A DNA stretch of 64,000 nucleotides from Camelus dromedarius (taxonomy: Eukaryota), in NCBI RefSeq assembly GCF_036321535.1, contig NC_087436.1, positions 29,390,001-29,454,000 on the forward strand, given 5' to 3'. Of this stretch, positions 50,385-63,870 are shown in pieces. Position 1 is the stretch's first letter; each line of letters starts with the position of its first letter. The position numbers and the translations under genes are program-made. The notes under the pieces were generated by a model. That model saw only the letters and a program-made list of their open reading frames with translations, was not told where the DNA came from and searched no databases.

Positions 50385-51240
50385 ATGATAATCTATTTAA
50401 TGTATAAACTTGGCTAGACTACAGTCTCCAGTAATTTAATCAAATTCTAATCTATGTGTTGCTACAAAGGTACTTTCTAGATGTGATTAAACGTCCTTAA
50501 TCAGTTGATTTTAAGATCGTCAACTTGAAGTAAGGAAGATTATTTTAGTTAATCTAGATATGTGTGTCTTTAACACACTACCTATTTCCAGTGGTAAAAA
50601 GGAAACAAAATCCATCACATGTTGTGACAACAGAAATGCACAAAATACTGCCATTGGGTAATTCTAGTCAAATACCCACAGACAGAAAGATTCTGGGTCA
50701 TCATGTATTTGCTACTCTAAAATGTTTTAGTCAAAATAGGGAGTATAATTAGAGTGACTGTACTGAGAAAGTGGGGAAAGAAAAGAATAAGGTCAGGGCT
50801 CCAAATTTCAATCTCAAACTCCATGTAAGTTATCTGAAGCTTTCTTTATCAGCCCCAGCAAATAACTTTTATCTCCTGTAGTTAAAGGCCAATATTGCTG
50901 AAAACCAAACTCAAGAGTCTCCTTTGAGTAGCCGAATTACAACACAAACTTCTGAGAGGATGACTGGGAAGAAAGAGGATCCTGAAAGCTGGAGTAGTGA
51001 TATATAAGCAGTTCTGATGAAGTTGGAGGCCTAGATCCCCTAGGTTCTGATGAGTGTTCTTTGCCCTCTCACCCATGTCTCAGGAGCTCAGTCCTCCTTT
51101 GCCTGGAGAACTTGTAAAGGCCTCCCCTGGGATAGTTGCCTTGAGGGGCATTGCTAATGCTTCTCAGGATTTACCCCCACCACCATCTTTGCTTTTAGAC
51201 CTACGACTGGATTCAGGTTCCATCATGGTCAAAAGGCTGA
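50385..51240 (+). mobile_element. Deleted ERVL provirus: MLT2C-like LTR 5' part (to about 50563) fused to gag-region internal sequence
   Basis: aacttggctagactacagtctccagtaatttaatcaaattctaatcta...aatcagttga...taaggaagattat (MLT2C), then tttatctcctgtag...attgctgaaaaccaaac...gctggagtagtga...ttctcaggatttacccccaccacc...ttttagaccta (ERVL gag). Confidence 0.8.
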
Positions 51241-52829
51241 GGAATAAACTGTGATTTCAGCCAAATCAAATTCTCAAATTCCAGCAAACATTCAATGGTA
51301 ATTTGTTGAATTTAGGAATTTAGATATTTTTCTACTTTATCTGTTTCTTTCTTCTTCTTAATTCAAGGTAAAATTGGAAGTTACACTCACCCTAATATGC
51401 ATTAAAACATTTTTTCCCAGATGGATATAGGATACAGAGGACTTCTAAGAGTTTCATGAGATGCTGTTATAAATGAATGCATCTATGTATCAGTGGAATG
51501 TTATATAATCAGATGTTCTGTTCTGTGTGGGAAACAAGGCAGCCAATGGTACCCTAGTTCAGAGAATACCATGTTGAACAATTAGTCCAAGATTTGTTTA
51601 ATTGGAGGTGGCTAAGTACTTTGACGTTGTTTATAATTTGAAAATTGACTGCAACGTTACATGATTACAGATATAGGACTGGTATTATTGATAGTTTTTG
51701 TATTGATAAAAAGTTTTTGTTTTAATTTTTTTCATGGGAACCTAAGTGGTAAGATATAAAAGACTGAATCTTGCACATGTTGCTAAATTCTTTAAGAGGT
51801 TACAATTATATATTTTAAGAGTGGGTGAAGTTATCACCCCTTTATTTGCTTCTCTCTTTAAAATGATATGTTCTAAAATCAAATCTTTTAAAGGAGCCCA
51901 GGAAACAGCTCTGAAATATTTCTGGTTTTCTTTTAATGCTCCTTCCATTGTCTTGCCTAGCCCCAGTTTTCACTTACATTTTTTCCTTCCTAAATATCAA
52001 AACATCTATTTATTTGCATTATAATATGTGAAGCTTCTGGAGTATGGGATTCCAAAATATATTATCAACATAATCATATTTTATTATTTAGATCTTTTCA
52101 AGGATGAGGGATGAGAATGAACTCAGTGTACAGTAATCTGAAGAAGTGATGTATTAAAGAAAAGCTGGATGTTTTCTTGCCCTCCCATACATAGTGAATT
52201 AGTCACAGACCTCTGATAAATCAAAGCTCCTTTTGATCTGCAAGATATTAGCAAAGCCATAAGGGTAAGAGTGCATTTGAACAGACATGTAGTTGTCAAG
52301 CGTTCATTTTGGTGATTATAACAGATTGACATGAAATTCTTTGAGATTTCTGCTCTGCTTGCCTTTTGTGAATGTAGAATGCTTTGGGTTGTGGCAAATG
52401 TCTATTGCATAAATAAACTGATGGATGAGGGCAGGAGTTTGTTGACAGGTGAAGATTGTTATTCTGTGACATAATCTACTTAGAGGTAACTATTTTATTT
52501 TAGAGCCAATGCTTTGAGTGGTCCAGACATATTTACTTCAAATGTAAGCTACTCATAGTCAAAACTACTTCAGTTAACTGAAATCATGAAACAAAAGATA
52601 ATATTAAAATTACTGAAGCACTATAATGAAATATAATAGCATGATTTGGGTTATTTTATCTGTACAACTGGAATCCTTCTAAAATAATTAGATGATCTGG
52701 GTACTAAAATATGAATTGTGTTATAGATGGAGAAGCATCATAAGATATACTTACCTTGTCCTGATTCATTTATTGGAAATTATCTTTTATTTTTTCTTCC
52801 TTCTCCTTCATCTTTTTCCAAAACCACTG

Positions 52830-52870
52830 CAAAAACAAACAAACAAACAAACAAAAAACAAAAAAACAAG
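52830..52870. repeat. (CAAA)n / A-rich simple repeat
   Basis: Directly visible. Confidence 0.9.
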
Positions 52871-55619
52871 TAAAACAAGTTTTATTCCCAAGACACTTCC
52901 AGCTTTTTTTCACAGCACCATATTTTATTCTTATAAATTCAGTTAGTGTAACTAACTCAGTACCACACACACGCATTTTTAACTGTATCAACTTAGAATT
53001 CATTAAATAATGCGTACTCTCTACACAAGAAAATAAATAATCTCTCCCTTACAGCTCACCTCAAGATTCATTTAAATAAGCTCATTCCATATTTCTTCCA
53101 AGTGACTATCTGTAGTATCGAAGTCAGATATTCCTTTCTAATTCACAGCCTCTTCTATGAGAAATTACCCATACTATCTGTTGAAGGAGTTAACAAAATA
53201 GGACGTATTTTTTCTAGGTTGTCCTTTTCTTTTAACCACAAATTATTGTTTCAGGACTGAGACATGCCATCAAAAAGGGCTGGATACATTTCCCTTGTGG
53301 ATTGGGTTTGGATACGGAAAACTGAGTCCATTAAATAATACTGGGGACTTAAGCTTTGTTATTACAGAGACTAAGTGAGTATGGTTTCATGGTGGTTCAC
53401 GTGCAATCCAAAACAAAAGTCTTCAATAGGTAGAGTAGGGATATTGGGAAACGAATCACATAAATCCTAAGAAAAACGAGACAGTGGTTATATAACTGTA
53501 TTCCAGTTCTCGTGAAATCTCATTTTAGTCCTTGTTTTTTGATATTAGCTGATTTTAATACATTTTTATTTCAATCAGCTCAGAATTCACCAGATAAAAT
53601 CCTCCCACAGCTATGTTTACTCACACTCTATCTTTTATTCTTCAGCTTGTGAACTATTTACTACTTAAATAAATATCTGATTAAAATTTTCAATTTTTGT
53701 GCAATTGTTTCGGTTTTATTGTTTTAAATGCAATAGGTGTTTACTTTTGTCCTCCTTTAGATGTGAGTTTCATAAGAACGAAAACCATTTCCTTTCACTA
53801 TTTACTTCGTAATTCCACCGGCATAGATAGCATTCTGTATACACTGATATATATATACTACAGATATAAATAATATATAATATAGATAAATTATACATTA
53901 TATATTAATACAATATATAAAATATATATTATTTTGATTAAACAAACATAATAGGGTTGGCAAAACGTGCATAACAGAGTGTGTAAAGAACAAGGGAGAA
54001 AGCTTTTCTCTAGGGCTGTCACTTTCAAATATATTGTCATATTTAAGCGTTTGCATGAAAGTACCATTTCAAATTTAGTCTGCCAACTTGCTAAGATAAG
54101 AAAGAAATATTTTTACTTTCAGTCGTATGCCTAAAATACTTAGAAAATGAAGTCTCATAGAGAACAAACATCTATTTTCACCTAAATGTATTAGAAAATA
54201 TATTTGACCTTATGTGAGGAATATGGTTGTGGTTAACTATACATTTTTTTTGCTGATGACAATATCTGTCCTCGTACAACATGATTCAATTTGCAAGAGG
54301 CACGTAAAATGAGATTACAGAATCACAAACGTATAGGTGGTCCTGAAAGAGAAAAACCGAGTGACACTTTTCATACTTCCCTCGAAGGCAGCATCCCCAC
54401 AATCGGACAGGACAGCACATCAGGAGAGCCACTAGCAGGGATCTGCTTTGCATTCTGCAATCTCATTCTGGCTCGACTGTCCTTACAATTTGTTAGATGA
54501 CCTATAATAAAGCCCCCAAATGGCATATGTCACCTTTGATGCATACAGTATTTTACATAATATAGAAATCACTTACGATTCTACAGGGTAATAAATAGCT
54601 CAGCAGGAGAATTATGATACGCATGAAGCTCCTGAAATGAAGCTGTCTGTCCTCCCTGTTAGGAAGTGTTGAGTCAGGCATCCACTTCTCAGCTATTACT
54701 GAGGGAAATGTTGAACCTCACAATGTTAAATTAACAGGTTTATATTGCCTAAAACTGACTGAGAAACCAAAGTAAAGCCAATAAATCTGGGTTTCAAATA
54801 GTTTTGTGAAAGGTTGAAAAAAAATCACCTGTACCTAGTGCATTTTTGTATCTCTGTTATCCACAGAATAAAGATAAGTAGGATCAAATATTTCATCACT
54901 GAAAGAAAATCAGACATTAATGTGAATAGCTAAATGAGAATTTTAAAGGATGTATCTGAATACTTTAAAAATCAACAAGTTTTACAACTGGTAAAAACAT
55001 ATATTTCATTCTTCTTAAGTTTTTAGAAAACACTATTTTTAAAAAATATTACGTATTTCAGTATGAAATGTAAATATATATTTTAGCCAAACATTCTGAT
55101 TATGAAATAATAACCCTAATAATTGTCTAGAAATTAGAATCATACAGAAATCACTCCTAATCAGGAGCAACAGTTTTTATAGTTTTGGGACAATGACTTT
55201 CAAAATTTAATCTCTGAAGACATTACTAATACTGAATATTTGGAAAAAATGCAAATATCTGCACTCCTATCCCAGAGTTAACACTGGGAGGTTCATGTGA
55301 AATCCACTTAGCTTTTTTATCTCAATGTCCTTAATCACAGTAAAGCTGTAACCACCTGGGAAGCTCTCTTCTGTGGAAATCAGAGATGCGACTGGCCCAG
55401 AATATCACAGGGTGTTTGTTGGCAACAGCCTTAGAACCTCAAGGGTCTCTCAGAATCTTCCAGGGATCATCAGGCTCTGGAAGGTGCTTAAGGAAGAACT
55501 TTCCTATATTATTTTCCATGTAATAAGTGGGCAGTGAAAATTGTCATGTTTTAATTGTCACAAGGGAGTTTCACTTAGGTGCATTTTCTCTCTAGTTTAA
55601 TATAAAACTGACTCCATTT

Positions 55620-56096
55620 CTAGAACTCGTGACGTAGAAGGAAAAATTAAGGTGATTTTAATATATTCTAGTATTAAAGAAGAGAGGTTAAGAAGAGGTC
55701 AGATTCAAAGCAGAAGGTTTGAAGTATCTGAGGCGCCATCGCTGGCTTTGAAGTTAGAGCGAGCCATGTGCAAAAAGAAATGTGGGCCACCTTAAGGGGC
55801 AGAAAGTAGACTGCGGGCTGACAACTAACAAGGAAATGGGGCTCTCAGTCCACAAGTTTAAGGGACTGAGTTTGACCAATGACCTGAGTGGGCTTGGAAG
55901 GGAGTATTTCTCAGAACTTCCAGATCACAGCCCAGACTGGCTGATGGTTTGATTTAGGCTGTGTGTGACCAGAAGTGGAGAACCCAGTTAAACTCTCTCA
56001 GACTTCTGACTTACAGAACTGTAAGCCAATAAACGGAAATTGTTTTAAGGTGCAAAGTCTGTCGTAAATTTTATGCTGTGGTAACAAATTAATACA
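55620..56096 (+). mobile_element. MaLR LTR (MLT1E-like)
   Basis: ccatcgctggctttgaag...ctgacaactaacaaggaaatgggg...tgacctgagtgggcttggaag...gacttctgacttacagaactgtaag...aataaa...aattaataca. Confidence 0.82.
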
Positions 56097-58194
56097 TAAA
56101 TGCATTCAGGACCTATCGAAAGTGGTGGAATTTCCCTCACTGGGCACCTCAGACAATTTCTGTTGTCAAGTAGCCACCAAAAACACCTGTTTTTTCCTTG
56201 GTCTTTGCATTCAATGGCTATGTTAGAATGCCATCAGGATCTGCGCTGACATCTGAGTGTTGGAACTTGGAAAATTAATACCAAACAAGTACAAATGTCC
56301 AGGATTTGAGGGCTGTGCATTTAAAGCAGCAGAACATCTTCTTTGTTAAGCTCATCTGATAGTGCCAGCAGCAGCTGAACTAAAGTGGCTACCAACACCA
56401 CCTTCAGCAGACCTGCCTCCTGGCTCCCAGTTCCACTCAATTCAGAAAAGAGGACGGGATATTCTGGGGTGGAAGAAGAGAAAGATCTGAAGAGTACTTA
56501 CTACAGGAGCAAAAGGACTCCAAATCCAACCACTCACATAAGGAATCCTACCTATAAATATGAATAAATGTCTCATTTTTTTCCCTTTGACTATAACATA
56601 ATCCAAATGAAAAGACTGGCAAGCTATCTCTCCCCTCCCCCCAAAACTGAGGACTAAGGAAGCATGTAAATGTTTTATAATTCTATTCGTATGTAGTACA
56701 TCAAATGAATGTCTACTATGTGATAAAGTTTAATCATGTTTATTCTGACTTTCATTTAATTCATGGGACCTATGTGAACCAAGTGGACATAGCTGCTTCC
56801 CTGTCAATACACAATGTAGAATGATAAACCGTAAATGGTTAAAAGGAACAATAAAAACAACTAGCTTGACTTCCTCTATTAGTCAGACAACAGCAGCTAA
56901 GGTAAAAAGATGTGCCCTTTCCAATTTAGGTGTAATGTTCTCTAGACAGTGAGAGTGACTTTGAAGCATAAAAAGTAGTTAACCTTTCTGGCATGATGCT
57001 GTAAAAGGTGTCTTCTTATATCTATCTGCTTCCAGAATCATTTGGATCAAAGAAAGGTGCCACTAGTCTGGTTTTCTCTTGTGACTCAGACTTCCATTTC
57101 AGGGGAAGTAGCAATGCGTTGCTTGTTTTGAATCAATTAATCGTTTTGCCTGTTGCCATAGAGTTGTGTGCTTGTCATACTCTGAGAAATAAACTTGGAC
57201 AAGTAGTTTCAGAGCAGTGCATGTTTTTAGCTTAAAGCAGTTATGGTCACATCCTTAAACTTAGTAACACTTCCAGATTTTTGTCAGCTTCTTTCCTCAT
57301 TAAAATGACACCATCTAGAAAACAGATGTTATAGAAATGATATTAAATGTGAAACTAAGGAGGCGGAGAAAGTGACATTGGTTGATTATCTGACCAAGGG
57401 CAAAATTAAAATTTAAGCAAGCACACAAAGATAAACAGATAAAACACAAAAATTCACTTTTATGGATACTGCGGTATGATTATTGGGCTGAATGATGGAG
57501 TTCTGGCACCACACTGTCAGGAAAACAGATACTTAAAAATCGACATGCCTGAGAGAAAGGAAAAATCAGTTGCCAAAATTCTAAAAAACGGCTCAAAAAT
57601 GGACTCAAATTGCCCTCTTGCTGATTGTTAATGGAGGTCCCTTCACCACGTCTGTCTCAGCTTGGATGAATTTGTTATATTCTTGTCAATGAGTATATTT
57701 TCAAAAAGTTGCATAAGGAGAAAGGGCCCTTGACAATGAACATGACAGGGCAGAATAAAGAGCACAGCACCATATGCACTTGCAGCTGGACTTGATAAGA
57801 TTATTTTGTTTCATTTGACATTTTATTTAAATCCAGCCTGAGGTTTTAAGAGATTTTATAATTGCTGAGTGATATACTGAGTGTTAAGAACTGGAAAAAA
57901 AAAAGCTGTCAATGAACAAAATAAGAGGCAGTGCTGACATAATTTTCTCACTGCCAAAGTTAGCAGCGACCACTGTAAAGATTCAGACTGACGCACAGCA
58001 GTGAGATGAGTCGTCAAGGCTAACCCAGGCACTAGGCTGTGGAGGTTGAACATCTGGCAGCAGAATAGACACTGAGACAAACCTGTGATTAAGGAGAAGC
58101 TTAGATAGTTAAAGAGAAATCATAAAGAACTCTAGATCTAGGTACTCAGGACTTGTTCAGGAAAAGACAGGAATCTATTTCTGGGATGAATAAC

Positions 58195-58650
58195 AACACC
58201 GTACACAGGACCCTGTTTGTCATTCGTCAGACTGGTAAAAATGGAAAAGTGTTGTGAACAGCATCTATTAGTGCTGGTAAAATGACACTTTAATATACCA
58301 CTGGTGGAACTGTCAACTTTTAAATGCCATGAGTGACAATTTAAATATTTATCAATGATTTAAAATGTACCCACTGTTATTCAAAACATTACAGATGCTA
58401 GGAAATTTTTCACAGATATATTTATATATACGCAGAAAAACAAAAGCGCAAGTGTAGTCATTAAAGAATTATTTATATTAGCTAAAATTAGAAACAGTAT
58501 GAATGTCGAACAATATAAAACATGTTAAATAATGCACTGTCACATCATAATATGCTTTGGTATTATGCTCAGCCATTGAAAGACTGAGACAGGTCTATGA
58601 GTACTTACTGAACTCATACAGGATATACAGTTAAATAAAAAAAGTTGAGC
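58195..58650 (+). mobile_element. L1ME-like ORF2 end / 3' fragment
   Basis: cattcgtcagactggtaaaaat...actggtggaactgtcaac...ttaaaatgtacccac...agctaaaattagaaaca...tgctcagccattgaaa. Confidence 0.6.
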
Positions 58651-61329
58651 TGCAAATGAAGATGTACACTTGCTACAGGTTGCAGGGTCTGGGTCCTTCC
58701 AGATTCTTGCATGTGAGCAGAACAGTGAGGGCGACAGGCATATTCCAAAGAAAGCAAAGCAGACAGATAAAAAGTGCCTGGCTCCCTCGTGACATCATTA
58801 AACTTCTGTACTTACTTCAAAGTTCTCATGGGGTGGGAGATATAATTCCACTTGTATTTACACTTCTATCAACCAGGATATTTTTTTAAACTCCAGATGA
58901 TGCATGTATATATATGCATGTGTTTATCATATTTTTACTATTAGAGAGTTGTTGCATGTTAATCTCTTTGGAAGGTATAAAATAACATAGAAAGTATTTT
59001 ATTATGCTTTCTTTAAGGAATATAATAGGAATAATAATAAATATACATACATACTTCTTTAAGGAATATAACAGTATAAACATACTTATTAGATATTTGC
59101 TACATATAATATAAATAAATGATACATACATATGTTCCATTATGTTCCTTAATGAAATATATATATTCCTTAAAAGTAATGGAAAAAATTATTAGAGAAA
59201 ATAAAGGAAATACTATTTCTATGAATTGCCTTAAAGTATTTTACATTCTATAAAGTTTTATCTAAACCTTACAGTTATAAATTATAGAGTATGAAATTCT
59301 GTTAGTGGTTTCAAAAATTTTATTAGTGTTTTTATGTTGCTGTGTAGAAAAAAATTCTCTACTGAAACTTTTCTTCTTGATCAAAAATAATATATTTCTT
59401 AAATTTTCTGAAAGAAAATAACTATTATGTGTTTGAGATGGTGTGTTGGCTAGAATATTGTTAAAATCCCCCATTTTATTAAGGATTTGAACTATACTAT
59501 TTCTGTTTAAACACTTAAGATGTGCATAGATTCAGGTTCTGGTAGAAATGTATGCCTATATTGAATATCTGCTTATAGGATTTAATATATAGTTGACATA
59601 AAGATGTGTTATAAGGATTAAGCCATTATGTAAATGTACATTTCCAACCTTTCCACATATATTTTACTAATACAATGGTTGAGATTATAAAGGACACATT
59701 TTTCCATAGTAAGGCTCTAGGAAAATAAATCTTGACAATTGGTGCAGCTGCAGCATAATTTCCTTCCAGGCAGGTGGTTTGGTTGTCAGACAAATAATCC
59801 CCTGGGTAATCAGAATTGCAAAAGGCACTGATGATCATTTAGATAAAACAGTATAATACCAGAAATAAATCTGGGTAAGAAGTCCAGCTATGTAATACAA
59901 ACAGCACAGACGTGAATTAAAAACAGACTTTAAAAAAATCCTCCAGGAAAGAAGAACTATCCCATCAGTAGCATGAGTGCAGAAAATACGTCATCTGCCC
60001 TTTGATGTAATTCTGGTCTTTAAATGGAAAAATGCTTCAAAACTAAAATTAGTAATACGAAATGTTGTGTCAAATGGTACAAAATAAGACCTGAGGCTCT
60101 TGCAAGAAAATTATCAATAATGCTGCTTTACATCAATTGTTCAAAAAAAAAAAAGGCTTGCAAATTTTTATCATGAATTTGACGGAATCAGAACTTTTGA
60201 GGATTATGCTTTGAAGACACCACCTAAGCAGCTCTCAGCCACAGAAAGAAATATAAAACTGGGGTGAATGTTGCACTGATTGTGCAGGACTAGAAAATAC
60301 TTTCCATTGCTGTCATAAACTCAGATACAGGGCAGGGATAACAGATACATGATAAGATAATGACTCAGAAACGACTTCTTGATAAACTGGTTTGGGGAAA
60401 TAAGAAGACCCGTACCTACATTCTCTATTTTGGGAGGGTGTGGAGAAGAGTTAAGAGTGGATGCAGAAAACCCTTCAGACCACGTTCCACAGGACACTTG
60501 TAGTAGAGGAGGGCTGAGCAGTAACAGAAATCTGAAAGGTGGCCCCAAGTATGGTGGCTTTAACAATCAAACAAAAGATGAAAACAAAATAAATGTAATT
60601 GCTAGAAACAAATGTCTCTTTTTGGAATTACTGACTGGAGGTCCCAGATGTCTCCCAAATTCTTCAGGATGCTGGATGAATCAGATTAAAAAACCTTATG
60701 TAAATAATTATTCAGCTATACAGCTATAAGGAATATGTGAAAAATATTCCAAAGACCAGTGAAGAGATAAATGGCTGATATTTCACAGTGTTGGAATGAT
60801 AAACAAAGAAGGAGGCACTTGTTTGTCAAGCATTAATAAATAGTATAAAAACAATACCAGGAATAACAACAACAAAAAATGAGACCTTTGGGAAAATCAT
60901 GTAAGTCAACTAAGGAGAAAAACACAGCTTTTATTAACTCAAGAGCATAATCTAAAATAGATATTAGATTTATAAACTTTGTACAGTATTACTGTTAGTA
61001 TAATGGTTTTAAATTACAGAAAGCAAAGAGTTTATAAAATTGGAGGTGAAAGCTGGGATAAGAAGTTGACTAGAAAGTAATTTTTATGTACAGAATTGAT
61101 ATAGATTAAATCAATAATATCAATTATATTATCCACCTCTATTATTTTAATAATGTTTTTCTGGAATTGATCTGTTAGAGAAAGAGAGAAATGGATTAAA
61201 CATCTCAAGGCTAATGTGCACTGTCAAGTTTTCTTTTTATGTATAACTTGGTGTTAAATTACTGGATTTATAAATGTTGGTGATTACCTCTTTTGAAGCA
61301 TATCTTTCACTGACACAGAGAATATAATC

Positions 61330-62780
61330 CTTTAGTTTTTCAACTGCACAAGATCCTATAATGTGTGGTCACATTATATTTCTAAAAGAAAAACTGAACA
61401 AATTTCAAAAATGTTAAAGAGAGTGTAGGTAATATCCCTGGGTGGCAGTCAAATAAAGCTGTGTACTAACATTTTTAAAACAGAAATAGAATGAAACTGC
61501 TTAGAACTAAAGAAAATGTACTATAATTAATATAGTTTGAGTTACATAAAATATTAAAATTCCAGTTGCAAGTTATTTTCAAATTAAGTATTATGAACAT
61601 AAATGTTAATAAAATAATATTTGCTTTAAACATATGGGGTGCAGCCAAAACTGTATTCATAGAATAATTAGATGGTTTACTTTTTAACAGGAAATATAAA
61701 GAATATAAAACACAATGCTAGTTCTACTTTATAAAAGAGGAAGAATCTGCAATCCAAGTGTTAGAAGAACATCAAAGGAAACTAAGAAACAAAAGAAGTA
61801 CTACTAAAATTAAAACAATTTAGTTTCTTAATATTTTCCAGAATGTCCTTTTAAAAAAATCACTGAAATGAATAAAACAATAGCTGACATAGACAAAGGA
61901 TAAAGTGAAAAAATCTTGATAATGAAAATTAGAATGTATTTCCTGTTTAGTACACTTAATTAACAGTAAGACAGTACTTCTGTACATGACCAAATTTAAA
62001 GATGTTATTAAATTATATGTTACATGTTATTAAACATGTAATTTCTAGAAAAGTATAAATGAGCAAGTATGATTCAAAGACATAGAAAATTTACATGACT
62101 CTTCATGACTTATATTTTTAGTACTGCCAAAGGTTAAAAAAGAAGGGACCATGAATTTGCAGGCTTCTTTCAGGATTTTAAAAATTTGAGAAGTTAATTA
62201 AAATAATTTTCAATCTTATGTTTGGTATTAGATATTGTAATAGGTGTGTGAAAATGTGATGTGACAGATAATGTAAAAATATTAGATATTGTGAAAAGCA
62301 TCTTAAAATTGAAAGTTATTAGAATATAGTAAAGACTAATGTGTTTTAAATGATAACTACCAAAATCATACAACAATATAACAGTAAAGTATTAGACTAT
62401 TATATAATAAAATACTAGGTTTTATTTCAGAAATAAAGCATGGTTGAAAATTGAGTAAAAACATTTGTCATGTCATTCATTAAAAGAAAATCCACTAAAA
62501 GTCATAAATTTATGAAATTAGAATATGAAGGTATTAACATTAATAATATATCATTACTTTATATCTGTATACTGTATGACTATATATCATTAACTAATGG
62601 CATAGAAAATTGTGTAACCTTGATTATACATTAAAAAGTGGTTTTAAAACTATGCAATTTGATACCTTTTTACATACACACTACAAGTAGACATGCTTTA
62701 CTGTCTGAAGGGAGTAAAAATAATATCGAAGCATACTCAAATAGTAAGGGGCAATACTTTTACATTAATTAAGGCTTCGA
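61330..62780 (+). mobile_element. Highly decayed L1 ORF2 relic
   Basis: aaacatatggggtgcagccaaaactgtattc, gaaatgaataaaacaatagctgac, tttctagaaaagtataaat and ggttttatttcagaaataaagcatggtt follow L1 ORF2 order. A-rich strand bias. Confidence 0.6.
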
Positions 62781-63048
62781 CTTAGTAAAGTATAAAACTA
62801 TATGCCAAACAGCCCTGCTTTTTCACATTAACATTATGAAGACAAATTTTGGTCACTATGTGCAAAGAAGGCAATTGAGTTGAGACCACCATACACCTCT
62901 TCACATCTTTTAAAATTCCCAGCCTCTCTCCCATGATCACATCTATTGGTACCAAGTTCTTTCAGCCATGAAGTGATCAAAGTGAAGAAAGGCAGGTAGA
63001 AGTTTTAAGATTTTACCACTATGAATACTCAAGATTAGGGTAATTTGA

Positions 63049-63059
63049 ATATATAAATA

Positions 63060-63102
<43 letters not shown>

Positions 63103-63230
63103 TATATATAAAACACACAGAGTAACGACATATATGTTACTCTGTGTTATGTATACATATGTATGTGTGTGTGTATATATAAATATATATATATAAAAAA
63201 CATTGGTATATAATATATATGTGTGTGAAT
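63049..63230. repeat. Compound (TA)n/(GA)n/(TG)n tract with an internal hairpin
   Basis: Directly visible; inverted arms at 63115-63126 and 63136-63147. Confidence 0.9.
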
Positions 63231-63489
63231 TTGTTTGTACCAATATTAAAATTATCTTTTGATTAGATGCTGGAAATGTGTTCGCCTCATCTGTTTATGC
63301 TTTTTAAAATTTTCCACTTCTTTATGCATTTAGCGATTTTATAATTTAGGAAAGTAACACATTTAAACACACAGAAGTTAAAAAACATGCATAAAATAAA
63401 TATGGATCATTGAAGAAAAATACACACTACAGGCAAAACACAGTAATTCATAAATACAAAACAGAATGCAATAAGCAATGCAGCTACAA

Positions 63490-63870
63490 ATAAACTTTCT
63501 GGGTATGTGAGGCAAGGATAGCATTAGAATAGACTAAAATGGATAAAGATGATTTAATAGGGTGGCTAGCAAATAGAATTTCTACAACCTAGACAGAAAT
63601 GGAGTCAGAAAAGCTGAAGAAGAAAAGATGACAAAGGAACACATGTGAAGGTGGATCAGGTAAGAAACAATATGGGAGAGTGTGCCTACGCTAGAAATAC
63701 AGAGGAATAGTGCAGAAAGATTAAAAAATCTGTATGAAGATACTGGTGAGCATTTTCATTTAAATTATTAAGAGGAAAAAAAAACTGTGCAACATTGCAA
63801 AAGGCAGAAATAGAATTGTATTTGAGAATAAGTTGAGATCATTATATACTTGGGTTGAATATACAGAACT
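63490..63870 (-). mobile_element. Degenerate L2 fragment
   Basis: Purine-rich tract with ...aaaggaacacatgtgaaggt...gcattttcatttaaatt...gttgagatcattat, in reverse L2 order. Confidence 0.35.

Noticed and set aside
55733..55748. CTCF-like gcgccatcgctgg
   Set aside because: One base short of the core spacing, and part of the MLT1E LTR consensus region.
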